Shown: one piece after another, positions 50,274 to 59,142 of the stretch
Layout of the letters: every line of letters starts with the position of its first letter
How positions within the stretch are numbered: position 1 is the first letter of the stretch
NCBI RefSeq assembly: GCF_022773025.1
Contig: NZ_JALEZF010000064.1
Reading direction: 5' to 3' (one strand)
Source: Clostridium sp.
Lineage (GTDB): Bacteria; Bacillota; Clostridia; Clostridiales; Clostridiaceae
DNA length: 64,000 nt
Position numbers and translations under genes: made by a program
The notes under the pieces: model-generated
What the model was told of the DNA's origin: nothing
What the model saw: the letters and a program-made list of their open reading frames with translations, nothing else
The model's database searches: none

Positions 50274-52061
50274 GTGGCAGGGAAGAGAGATATTTTTAGT
50301 TGGATAGATGTAGGTCGCAAAGTCTATGGAGATGAAGTCATAGATAAAGCTATAAGGGATTATTCCTATGAAGACATTCTAGTTCAAATAGAAATGAGAA
50401 ATAATAAGACTATATTAGAGATAGTACATAACATATCAGACATAATAGATAAAAGCGAAGATATTGTATGGGAGGAACTAGGGAAAGGTGTTTTTAATAA
50501 TCTTCAAGAACTTTATCCTAGCTACCTCATATGTGATAATGCATATATGTTTTTAAAATCTTTAAATGATATTTTAAAATATACGGCTATGAAGGTAAAT
50601 GCAGAGTGTTTAGGAAACATGCATATTGTTGAATTGGGGAAAAAACAAGCTATAATAACATTTCATTCAAACATAGGATGTTCTGATTTGTTTTATGGTG
50701 CCTTAAATGGTTGTGAAGAGTATTTTAATGAAAAGCTGTATGTTAAAGAAATTAATAAGACTTTGGAAACATTAGTTTTAGAAGTAGAATTTCAATATGA
50801 TATCTATATTGAACGTAAGTACACTATAAACAATGGCTTATCTTTAGGATTCATAAAACTATTAGAAGCTAAGATAGCACTAGTAGTTTTTTTGATTAAT
50901 ATACTAGTCAACGGTCTAGTATTAGACCTTAAGATAGCTGTAATATCATCAATACTGATTTCAATTTTAATATTTATAATTTTAAATATAACTATGAAAC
51001 CAAGAGCTTTTTTAGAGAATGAAATACAACGATTAAAGGATAAAAAGTATTATGATAACTTTGCTATAAGTACTCATGACCAATTTGAAGACTTTTTCAA
51101 GAAATTGAGGGAACTTAAATTGGAAGAAAGGGAGAGCATTATTGTGCAAAAGGGTATAAGCGATGATATGCATAGACTTATAAATAGTATGAATAGCAGT
51201 TACGAGTCTATTAATAATGGCACAGATGAAATCTCACATATAATTACACAGATATCTAGAAGAGTAGATGAAAATGTAGAAAGAAAAGAAGAGGTAGGTA
51301 AAATATTAAATAAAAATATAAGTGTGCTGAAATCTATAATAGAAATAGAAAATATAAATAAGAGTGAAATGGAGAAGTACATTGAAAAGAGTGTTAAAAG
51401 CTATGAAAGTATAGAAAATTTCAATAGAAATATTTCTGTAGCTTTAAGGAGTTTTAGAGATGTTAATAACAAAGGGATTGAAATTCAAGATGGAATCAAA
51501 AATATATCTCAGATTGCAAATATGGTAGATAACATTGCAGAACAGGTAAATCTATTATCTCTTAATGCTTCTATAAAAGCTACAAGAGTTGGAGAGGATG
51601 GGGAAGAATTTATAGTTATATTAAATTCTTTAAGAAGGCTAGCAGAACAAAGCCGTCTTGCAGGAAAAGATATAAATGATAATCTATACAAGTTCACAAG
51701 CGATGTAAGTAGCTTAATAATAAAATTAAATCAACAATATGAATTTTGGGAAGATGAAGCTAAGCGTCTTCATGAAATTAAAAATATGAATTATGAAACC
51801 ACTATTTTTATGAAAGATATATCAGAAGCATTAATAAAAAATATAAATAATTTAGACAGAGAATATAAACATATAGAAAAAACAGAGAATTTATTAAATG
51901 AAATGGCATTAGTGGCTAAGAATAATTCAATTTCTGCAAAAGAAGTGAATAATAATCTCTCTATATATAAAGATAGAATAGATACTTTGAAAACAGTTAT
52001 AGAAAGCTTTAAAGAAGTAAGTATGATTTTTAATGATTATACAGATCAATATAAAGTATAG
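50274..52061 (+). CDS. Methyl-accepting chemotaxis-type protein with N-terminal H-NOX-like domain lacking the heme-ligating residues
   Basis: The first roughly 180 aa parallel Thermoanaerobacter/Clostridium H-NOX (SWI…VYGDEVIDKA…, …VWEELGKGVF…LYPSY…). Two TM helices lie at about aa 195-250. MCP hairpin-tip motif …EQVNLLSLNASIKATRVGEDGEEF…. GTG start after GGAGGGGAG. Confidence 0.7.
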   Translation: MAGKRDIFSWIDVGRKVYGDEVIDKAIRDYSYEDILVQIEMRNNKTILEIVHNISDIIDKSEDIVWEELGKGVFNNLQELYPSYLICDNAYMFLKSLNDILKYTAMKVNAECLGNMHIVELGKKQAIITFHSNIGCSDLFYGALNGCEEYFNEKLYVKEINKTLETLVLEVEFQYDIYIERKYTINNGLSLGFIKLLEAKIALVVFLINILVNGLVLDLKIAVISSILISILIFIILNITMKPRAFLENEIQRLKDKKYYDNFAISTHDQFEDFFKKLRELKLEERESIIVQKGISDDMHRLINSMNSSYESINNGTDEISHIITQISRRVDENVERKEEVGKILNKNISVLKSIIEIENINKSEMEKYIEKSVKSYESIENFNRNISVALRSFRDVNNKGIEIQDGIKNISQIANMVDNIAEQVNLLSLNASIKATRVGEDGEEFIVILNSLRRLAEQSRLAGKDINDNLYKFTSDVSSLIIKLNQQYEFWEDEAKRLHEIKNMNYETTIFMKDISEALIKNINNLDREYKHIEKTENLLNEMALVAKNNSISAKEVNNNLSIYKDRIDTLKTVIESFKEVSMIFNDYTDQYKV

Positions 52062-52067
52062 GTGAAG

Positions 52068-52112
52068 AAATGGTGCTACAAAATATTTAATTATTTTGTA
52101 GCACCATTTTTT
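52068..52112. terminator. Bidirectional intrinsic terminator
   Basis: AAATGGTGCTACAAAATA...TATTTTGTAGCACCATTT forms an 18-bp stem between convergent genes. Confidence 0.88.
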
Positions 52113-53172
52113 ATCCTTTAGATTTTTTATTTGAGCGTATATAAAATAGTATAAGTTGTGATAGAAAGATTAGACTTAAAGCACCGAAGAAAGGATATAG
52201 TATGGAGATTAGTCGTCCAAAACCTATTTGTGATATAGGAATCGTCACTAAAAATACCAAGAATATTCCCTTCTTAAATGGAATTTTAAATCGTTCATCT
52301 AAGGTTTTACTTATACTGTAAATATCAGAAACTTGAGTTGAAAACATCTCACACCATATGACCATTAGTAGCATTATTTGAAGAGGTTTACCAAATCTAT
52401 TTGCTATATAGAGAAGAGGTATCTCATAGTTATAGATGTAGGGTTTGTTGAGCATAAGCATTATATTTAGAAAAATACACAACACCGTAAGTATGCCAGC
52501 TCCTATCGTAACTCCAGTGGTCAAAACTTTTGTATTCTTTATTTCCCTGCTTAATGGAACTAGAACTCCAGTACAGCTTAGGAGATTAAAACCTGTATAA
52601 AGCAGAGTTGATATAAACCAATTATCTTTTTCATGAGATATAGCAGTGAGATGAGGGATGGTTATTATATCTTTGTAGAAAAAAATATAAAGTGAAAATA
52701 TGGTGATTATTATAGTGATTAAGCAAGGAACTATAAAAGTGTTTATCTTTACTAATCCTTGAGTATCCTTTAGCAGAGTAGTGATGGTGAAAATCCCCAT
52801 TAAAATCATGCCCACCCATTTAGGAACTCCCAAAAATTGATTCAAAAGAGCTCCACTGGCTGCAAGAATTATAGAAGCACTGCTCAAAAGAAACAATGAA
52901 GTAATAAGTCCGGTTAGCTTTCCTAAAAAATTAGGGCTTACAAAGGTCATGAATTCGTTGTAGGATTGAAGATTGTACTTTACGCTTATTTTGCATACTA
53001 AAGATCCTATAAGTATGTAAAGTACTCCACATAAAAGAATCCCAAAGAAACTTGGAAATCCATAAGCAGCAAAAAAGTTTGTTATTTCTTTTCCAGATGC
53101 AAGACCAGCACCAACGATAGTTCCGACAAATACAGCTGCCAATTGAAAGATTAATCCTATCTTGTTTTTCAT
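52111..53172 (-). CDS. YkvI-family membrane protein (amino-acid-permease-like/GerAB-like fold)
   Basis: N-terminus …VFVGTIVGAGLASGKEITNFF… resembles B. subtilis YkvI. About 10-11 TM helices. Confidence 0.7.
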   Translation of the reverse strand: MKNKIGLIFQLAAVFVGTIVGAGLASGKEITNFFAAYGFPSFFGILLCGVLYILIGSLVCKISVKYNLQSYNEFMTFVSPNFLGKLTGLITSLFLLSSASIILAASGALLNQFLGVPKWVGMILMGIFTITTLLKDTQGLVKINTFIVPCLITIIITIFSLYIFFYKDIITIPHLTAISHEKDNWFISTLLYTGFNLLSCTGVLVPLSREIKNTKVLTTGVTIGAGILTVLCIFLNIMLMLNKPYIYNYEIPLLYIANRFGKPLQIMLLMVIWCEMFSTQVSDIYSISKTLDERFKIPFKKGIFLVFLVTIPISQIGFGRLISILYPFFGALSLIFLSQLILFYIRSNKKSKG

Positions 53173-53296
53173 TTAATGTATCCTCCTTTCTTAATAATGT
53201 GAAGAAGAAATATTTCCATAAAAATTATTTTATCTATATAAATATATAAATGAGGAATAATAAAAATGATTAAATCTAGAAAAGGAGTGAAGTTTT

Positions 53297-54388
53297 GTGA
53301 AGAAAAAGTTTTTTCATTTTTTTTCAGTTGCTATTTTAGGTATTTTATTTGTTACACTTTCATCATGTTTCTCTAAAGGTAAAGAACCAGCAGAAGCTGA
53401 TATAGATGTATTTAAGAGTAAGGAGGTGATAGGTTTTGTTGACTCTTATATGGAGTGCCTGTTTAAGGGAGAATACTCAAAAGCGGAGGCAATGCACTTA
53501 GATGGAAATGATAGTTTTCAAAATGTAGAAGATAATTTGAAGATCATGGGATGGAAGACAGAAGAGGTTAGTAATGCTGTGGATGGTGCCATGGTAAAGG
53601 TTATGGTATGTAAAAGCTCAAAAGAAAATGTGGTATCAATCCTTGAGCGGTATGATATAAATGTAGAAAAGGATAATGAGGAATACAAGATAAAGAGTGT
53701 AAAGATATCAAAAGAAGAGGAGAGCTTTAAAGAAGGAGAAAATCTTAGAATAAGACAGAAAAATAATGTTAAGACAAATCTTCTCATAGACAAATCAGGG
53801 CTGCCTCAATATGTTTATCCTAAAGATGATAAGGAAAAGATTAAGGAAACTCAAATTTCACCTCAATCAGAATTTGCCTTAAGTGCATTTAATTATTCAG
53901 GAGAAAAGATAGCAGTATCAAGTGAAGACAAGGATGCTTTTATCTCAATAATAAAGATTGAAGAAGATTTAAAAGTTCAAGGAAAAGCCGATGATATGGA
54001 CAAAAAGGAAAAAGGAGACAGTAGTAATGATGATAAGAACAATGTAAGAGAAATTCCCATAGGAAAGGAAATAATCCCTCTTGATATTATAAAAGATTCA
54101 AAGATTGAACTTTTGATTTTTTCTAAAGATGAAAAGTTTTTAGCTGTTCAATATAAAGATTATGAAGGAACTACAAGAATTAGATGCTATAATTCCGATT
54201 CAGGAGATATTGTAGCAGAAGAGTTAGTGGATAAGTTTCCACCTGATATATATGATTTGCTCTTTGAAGGATTTGATGAAAGTAATTTGTATTTGAGTGC
54301 AAGAGCAAAGGAATACAATGATGTGGAAAATAAAGTTGCACCTGTATCGGTAAAGATTAATTTAAAAGACTTTAAGATTGAAAAATAA
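53297..54388 (+). CDS. Hypothetical lipoprotein
   Basis: GTG start after AAGGAG. Lipobox …TLSSC/FS. No recognisable domain; the central region is acidic and K-rich. Confidence 0.5.
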   Translation: MKKKFFHFFSVAILGILFVTLSSCFSKGKEPAEADIDVFKSKEVIGFVDSYMECLFKGEYSKAEAMHLDGNDSFQNVEDNLKIMGWKTEEVSNAVDGAMVKVMVCKSSKENVVSILERYDINVEKDNEEYKIKSVKISKEEESFKEGENLRIRQKNNVKTNLLIDKSGLPQYVYPKDDKEKIKETQISPQSEFALSAFNYSGEKIAVSSEDKDAFISIIKIEEDLKVQGKADDMDKKEKGDSSNDDKNNVREIPIGKEIIPLDIIKDSKIELLIFSKDEKFLAVQYKDYEGTTRIRCYNSDSGDIVAEELVDKFPPDIYDLLFEGFDESNLYLSARAKEYNDVENKVAPVSVKINLKDFKIEK

Positions 54389-54444
54389 TAAGGTATACTT
54401 ATAATTGAAAAATTAAATTTATTTTAAATAGTGAGGATAACAGC

Positions 54445-55377
54445 ATGACAAAATTATGGGGAGACAAGAGATACCACAGTTTAAATTATTTCTTAAGGGA
54501 AAAATTTGGCGAAAAGGTATTTAAAATTTCACTTGATGCTGGATTTTCATGCCCGAATAGAGATGGAACTATAAGCAAGGGGGGATGTATCTTCTGTAGT
54601 GAAAGAGGATCTGGAGACTTTGCTGGAGATAGAAAATTCTCTATTACAAATCAGTTCAATGATATAAAAGACATGATGAGGAAAAAGTGGAAAAGTGGAA
54701 AATATATTGCATATTTTCAAGCCTACACTAATACATATGCCCCAGTTGATGTACTAAGGGCAAAATATACAGAAGCTGTGGAACAAGAAGGGGTGGTAGC
54801 ACTAGCAATAGCCACAAGACCTGATTGTTTAAGTGAGGAAGTTTTAGACCTTTTACAGGAATTCAATAATAAGGTGTATGTTTGGGTAGAACTTGGCCTT
54901 CAAACTTCAAAAGAATCAACTGCGAAATTCATTAATCGAGGATATGACTTGCCTGTCTTTGAAAAAGCAGTTAAAGATTTAAGAGATAGAGGAATAGATG
55001 TAGTAGTACATACTATCTTTGGTCTGCCAAAAGAGGAAAAAGATGATATGATAGAAACTATAAGATATTTATCATCTAAAGATATTCAAGGTATAAAGAT
55101 ACATTTATTGCATCTGATGAAAGATACCTTAATGGTAAGGTTATATGAAGATGGAAAAATGAAGTTCATGAGCCAAGGGGAGTACATAGAACTCATAGGA
55201 AAGGCAATCTCTTTACTGCCGCCAGGGGTAGTAGTTCATAGAGTTACAGGGGATGCTCCAAGAGATTTGCTTATAGAACCACAGTGGAGCCTTAAGAAAT
55301 GGGAAGTTTTAAATGCTATAGATAAATATCTAGAAGACAATGATATTTATCAAGGCAAGGAATATGTTGAAAAATAG
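54445..55377 (+). CDS. TIGR01212-family radical SAM protein (YhcC-like)
   Basis: Characteristic N-terminus …FKISLDAGFSCPNRDG…GGCIFCS… with the atypically spaced Cys cluster of this family. Confidence 0.8.
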   Translation: MTKLWGDKRYHSLNYFLREKFGEKVFKISLDAGFSCPNRDGTISKGGCIFCSERGSGDFAGDRKFSITNQFNDIKDMMRKKWKSGKYIAYFQAYTNTYAPVDVLRAKYTEAVEQEGVVALAIATRPDCLSEEVLDLLQEFNNKVYVWVELGLQTSKESTAKFINRGYDLPVFEKAVKDLRDRGIDVVVHTIFGLPKEEKDDMIETIRYLSSKDIQGIKIHLLHLMKDTLMVRLYEDGKMKFMSQGEYIELIGKAISLLPPGVVVHRVTGDAPRDLLIEPQWSLKKWEVLNAIDKYLEDNDIYQGKEYVEK

Positions 55378-55524
55378 AAATATAATTTTCTAAAGCTTAG
55401 ACAAACAAGTCTAAGTTTTAAAGCTAGCAAGGACAAGCCTTTACTGATTTATTGATTTATAATAAACGGAGATTTATTTTATTTAAGGGTATAACATAGG
55501 AATAATAGTTGGAGGGTAGCTTAG

Positions 55525-56466
55525 ATGTACTATTTTAAAAACTTTTTAGAAGAGCTTGCAGATAATACTAAGATTGGCTTTAACCTTTTAAATGAGGGAA
55601 AAGCATTAATATTTTGTGGGTTGAAATCAAATAGCATAGAAAAAAGTTCAATAGAAGTGTCATTAGGCAATAATAGGGGGTTAATAGAAGTAGAGAAATC
55701 TATGGAGGCATGTTTACCAATCATAAAATGCTACATAGAAGATAAGTATAAGGATATATTTTACTTAAGAGAGCAGTTTTTTGGGGATGTGCTTCAAGGA
55801 AATAAGGTTCCTTTAGATAAGTTTCGAAAAAGCCTTCCTATGGTGGAGACTGGATGCACTTTATTTATGGTATCTATTGAGGGAAGCAAGTATGAGACAC
55901 TAAATACATTAAAGAATGTTTATGAAGGAAGCAATATAATTTCCATGATATATGGAGAAGAAATTATAATTATAGGAGTCTTCGACGATAGGGAATGTGA
56001 AGGCAAAAAGATAGTGTCTCTTTTAAGCAATAAGCTTAATTGTAGGTGCTATGTGAGCTATGGAGAAGTAGCTTACAGCATAGAGGATATAAAGATTGCT
56101 TATGAAGAAGGCAAAGAAGCCATGGACCTTGGAAAGAGAATCGGTGGTAAAGGCAATGTATACAATTATTCAGATATGTTTCTTGAAAGAGCAATTTGCA
56201 ATATAAACAATAAAGTTAAGACACAATTCTATAATGAATTTAAAGACAAATTCAACAATTTCGACGATGAGATGCTAAATACCATCGAGGAATTTATAAG
56301 CTGTGATCTTAATATAAGTGAAGCTGCAAAGAGTCTCTATATTCATAGAAATACTTTAATATATAGATTAGACAAGATAGCAAAAGATACAGGTTATGAC
56401 ATAAGAAATTTCAGACAAGCAGCTACATTTACAATCGCTTTTCTAATCTGGAAAGAATTAAAATAA
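55525..56466 (+). CDS. PucR/CdaR-type transcriptional regulator (C-terminal HTH_30)
   Basis: C-terminus …LNISEAAKSLYIHRNTLIYRLDKIAKDTGYDIRNF… is the PucR C-terminal HTH. Confidence 0.75.
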   Translation: MYYFKNFLEELADNTKIGFNLLNEGKALIFCGLKSNSIEKSSIEVSLGNNRGLIEVEKSMEACLPIIKCYIEDKYKDIFYLREQFFGDVLQGNKVPLDKFRKSLPMVETGCTLFMVSIEGSKYETLNTLKNVYEGSNIISMIYGEEIIIIGVFDDRECEGKKIVSLLSNKLNCRCYVSYGEVAYSIEDIKIAYEEGKEAMDLGKRIGGKGNVYNYSDMFLERAICNINNKVKTQFYNEFKDKFNNFDDEMLNTIEEFISCDLNISEAAKSLYIHRNTLIYRLDKIAKDTGYDIRNFRQAATFTIAFLIWKELK

Positions 56467-56492
56467 TAGCCTTAAGGGAGATGAAGTACGAA

Positions 56493-57203
56493 ATGAAGGT
56501 TGATGTAGTAATATCAGCAGATCATATCAAAGAGGGAGAATTACAAGGAAAGATTGCGGTTGTTATAGACATGCTTAGAGCAACATCCGTAATGGTTACA
56601 GCCCTAGATAATGGCGCCACAAAAGTAGTACCATTCCTAACAGTAGAAGAAGCCTTTGATTACTCAAAGAAGCATGAGGGTCAAGTAATCCTAGGAGGAG
56701 AAAGAAAGGCAGTAAAAATAGAAGGATTTGATTTTTCCAACTCACCATTAGAATATACTAAAGAAGTGGTTGAGGGAAAAATTCTTGCTATGACTACCAG
56801 CAACGGAACTAGAGCCATAAAAGGCTGTACTGGTGCAAGCCATATATTTATTGCTGCTCTGCTTAATGGAAAAGCCATATGCAGAAAACTTCAAGAGTTA
56901 AATGAAGATGTGGTTATAGTAAATTCAGGAACTATGGGTCAATTTTCTATGGATGATTTCATATGTGCAGGTTATATAATAGAAACTTTAACAAAACATA
57001 ATCCTAAAATTGAACTTTCAGATATAGCTAAGACAGCAAAATATATATACGAAAATAATAAGGACATAGATTCTTTCATAAAGAATGCACGTCACTACGA
57101 TATCCTAAAATCCTTAGGACTTTCAGGAGATTTGCAGTATTGCATGAAAAAGGACATCATAGATAGGACACCAGAATATATTGACGGCGAGATAACTATA
57201 TAA
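56493..57203 (+). CDS. comB: 2-phosphosulfolactate phosphatase family protein
   Basis: …VVIDMLRATS…GGER….GFDFSNSP…SNGT… are motifs of the ComB family. The start is either 56493 or 56481. Confidence 0.8.
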   Translation: MKVDVVISADHIKEGELQGKIAVVIDMLRATSVMVTALDNGATKVVPFLTVEEAFDYSKKHEGQVILGGERKAVKIEGFDFSNSPLEYTKEVVEGKILAMTTSNGTRAIKGCTGASHIFIAALLNGKAICRKLQELNEDVVIVNSGTMGQFSMDDFICAGYIIETLTKHNPKIELSDIAKTAKYIYENNKDIDSFIKNARHYDILKSLGLSGDLQYCMKKDIIDRTPEYIDGEITI

Positions 57204-57235
57204 GTTAAGAGTTGACTAGTGAATAGTGAAGAGTT
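57204..57235 (+). repeat. Copy B of the short dispersed repeat
   Basis: GTTAAGAGTTGACTAGTGAATAGTGAAGAGTT lies immediately after the comB stop codon. Confidence 0.65.
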
Positions 57236-57289
57236 TTATTGAAATTAAGAATTTAGGTAAGTTTGAAGAGAGAAAAAAATAAAACTTTT

Positions 57290-57340
57290 AAGGGATGTAA
57301 CATGATTTTGTGTAAACAAATCTTATACATCCCTTTTGTT
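57290..57340. terminator. Bidirectional terminator between comB and arsM
   Basis: AAGGGATGTA...TACATCCCTT forms a 10-bp stem with a structured loop. T-run on the plus strand and A-run (a T-run on the minus strand) on the other side. Confidence 0.7.
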
Positions 57341-57352
57341 GATTAATGGATT

Positions 57353-58144
57353 TTATAATTTTGTTGCTTTTATTGATGCAGACATAATATACTCTCCAAC
57401 TTTTAAATTATGTGCCCATTTCTCTGCATATTCCTTTGAAACCTCTTTTGTTTCAATTAAAATATCACTAAAGCCAGCTTTTTTTAAATATACTTTTAGC
57501 TCTTCAACTGAAGAAGCTCCAGTAACTCAGCCACAATAAAGCTTCTCATCTTGCTTCATTTCTTCTGTAAGTTCTTTGATAAGGACGATATCAGAAATGG
57601 CAACTCTGCCACCACGTTTTAATACACGATAAGCTTCATTATAAACCCTTTGCTTATTAGGTGATAGATTTATAACGCAATTGGAGATAATTACATCTGC
57701 TGTATTATCAGCTACGGGAAGATTCTCAATCTCTCCCAATCTAAAATCTACATTTTTGTACATATATTTTCTACATAGAAGTCGTGACTTTGTAATCATC
57801 TCTGGAGTCATATCAACTCCAATTACATAGCCATTAATTCCAACTTTTTTTGAAGCTAGAAAACAATCGAATCCACCGCCGCTTCCAAGATCTATAACAG
57901 TTTCTCCATCTTTAAGATCAGCTATTAATTGAGGATTTCCACAACCTAACCCCATGTTAGCTTCTTCGGGAGTATTTAATATTTCCTCATCAGAATAACC
58001 AATTTTACGTGATATTTCTAGTGGAGAATTTTCAAGCTTTAGATTTCCACTACAGCATCTAGATTTATCCGTATTCTGTAGAGCTATTTTGCTATAACTA
58101 TTTCTAACAGCATTTCTTACATCTATCTTTTTAAAATTACTCAT
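57353..58144 (-). CDS. arsM: ArsM-type SAM-dependent (arsenite) methyltransferase, predicted selenoprotein (UGA at 57527-57529 read as Sec)
   Basis: SAM motif VIDLGSGGGFD. Conserved Cys at CCSG, GLGCGNP and SNCVINL. The frame continues for 57 codons past the in-frame TGA into a family-typical C-terminus. A SECIS-like hairpin follows the UGA. ATG at 58144 with GGAGGG RBS. Confidence 0.7.
57498..57518 (-). promoter_or_regulatory. SECIS-like hairpin 8 nt downstream of the in-frame UGA
   Basis: mRNA AGCU(U)CUUC-AGUU-GAAGAGCU: an 8-bp stem, a single bulged U, and a tetraloop containing GU. Confidence 0.6.
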
Positions 58145-58210
58145 ATTTCCCTCCAAGTTATAATTTGCTTTAAATCTAATATAATATAGAAGTTTGCTTA
58201 TTTGAATATT

Positions 58211-58438
58211 TTAATTCATTATTTTTTTAAAAATATAAGTAACAAAAAATCCTCTATCATCTTGATTTTCTACATACTTAATTAGCTTAAAAGATTTCAA
58301 TATATCTTCGAAATCCGTTGGCTGTATTAAATCATCTTTTCTAATTTTGGAATCAACTTTATGTTTATGCCCAAAACCACAAACAAATAAAATACCTTCA
58401 TCAGTTAAATGATCTTTGATATAACATATAAAATTTAA
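58211..58438 (-). pseudogene. C-terminal fragment of a class I SAM-dependent methyltransferase (no start codon or N-terminus)
   Basis: A 75-codon open frame …IKDHLTDEGILFVCGFGHK…DDRGFFVTYIFKK* resembles post-motif-III methyltransferase sequence. It begins right after the upstream gene's stop and has no Met or RBS. Confidence 0.45.
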
Positions 58439-58440
58439 AG

Positions 58441-58935
58441 TTAATTAGATGCAATAGGAGGTAGATCATAATTTTCAATTACTTCATCTATTAAAGAAAG
58501 ATAAGCTACCATATTTTTTTTATCTTGTTCGTTAAAATCAGAAGTTCTAGATTTATCTTTAAGATACAGTTGTTCTAGATATATAGTATGGGCTTGTGAC
58601 CACATAGAATGATATTTTTTCATTTTATCTATTCTTGATATATTAAAGATGCCATTTAAGTTTTCGCTGTCTTTAATAATTTTCTCCATTTTATTACGGT
58701 TAATTTGATCAAGAATATCTTCGGACTTTATAATTTCTATGTTGGGATATGAGTCAACCATTTTTTTATAAACAGTATATTCTAATTTGGCATTAGTATA
58801 AAATTCATCGATAAAATCTTTTTCTAATTGTTCGGCCTTTATAGAAGCCTCTTGCTTATAAGAATAGCTTTCATAAAGTGGGACAAACAAGATGAGAATT
58901 GCAACAGTACAAATTAAAAGAACTTTCTTTTTCAT
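58441..58935 (-). CDS. Hypothetical membrane-anchored protein (164 aa)
   Basis: ATG at 58935 with AGGAGGA RBS. N-terminal TM anchor (KKVLLICTVAILILFVPL). The remainder is helical with no recognised family. Confidence 0.5.
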   Translation of the reverse strand: MKKKVLLICTVAILILFVPLYESYSYKQEASIKAEQLEKDFIDEFYTNAKLEYTVYKKMVDSYPNIEIIKSEDILDQINRNKMEKIIKDSENLNGIFNISRIDKMKKYHSMWSQAHTIYLEQLYLKDKSRTSDFNEQDKKNMVAYLSLIDEVIENYDLPPIASN

Positions 58936-59081
58936 AGTCATCCTCCTAACTTTATAATATGTATATACTAAAATATACGAAATATAAAGAAGTAAAGTAA
59001 CATGAAATTTAAATTTTATAATTAAAAAATAACATAAAGACAAAGTTATGTGAAATATTAACCTAAACTTTGCGCTATATC

Positions 59082-59113
59082 AACTATTCACTCTTCACTA
59101 CGTAACTCTTAAC
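59082..59113 (-). repeat. Copy C of the short dispersed repeat (inverted relative to copy B)
   Basis: The reverse complement reads GTTAAGAGTTACGTAGTGAAGAGTGAATAGTT, matching copy B at roughly 27 of 32 positions by eye. Confidence 0.65.
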
Positions 59114-59114
59114 T

Positions 59115-59142
59115 AAAAAAAGATGCCCTAAGGCATCCTTTT
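59115..59142 (-). terminator. Intrinsic terminator after rlmI (minus strand)
   Basis: The minus strand reads AAAAGGATGCC-TTAG-GGCATC followed by TTTTTTT. Confidence 0.75.

Noticed and set aside
57336-57539. Plus-strand 67-aa ORF between comB and arsM
   Set aside because: It is the antisense shadow of the in-frame C-terminal extension of arsM beyond the UGA. It has no RBS and a low-complexity sequence.
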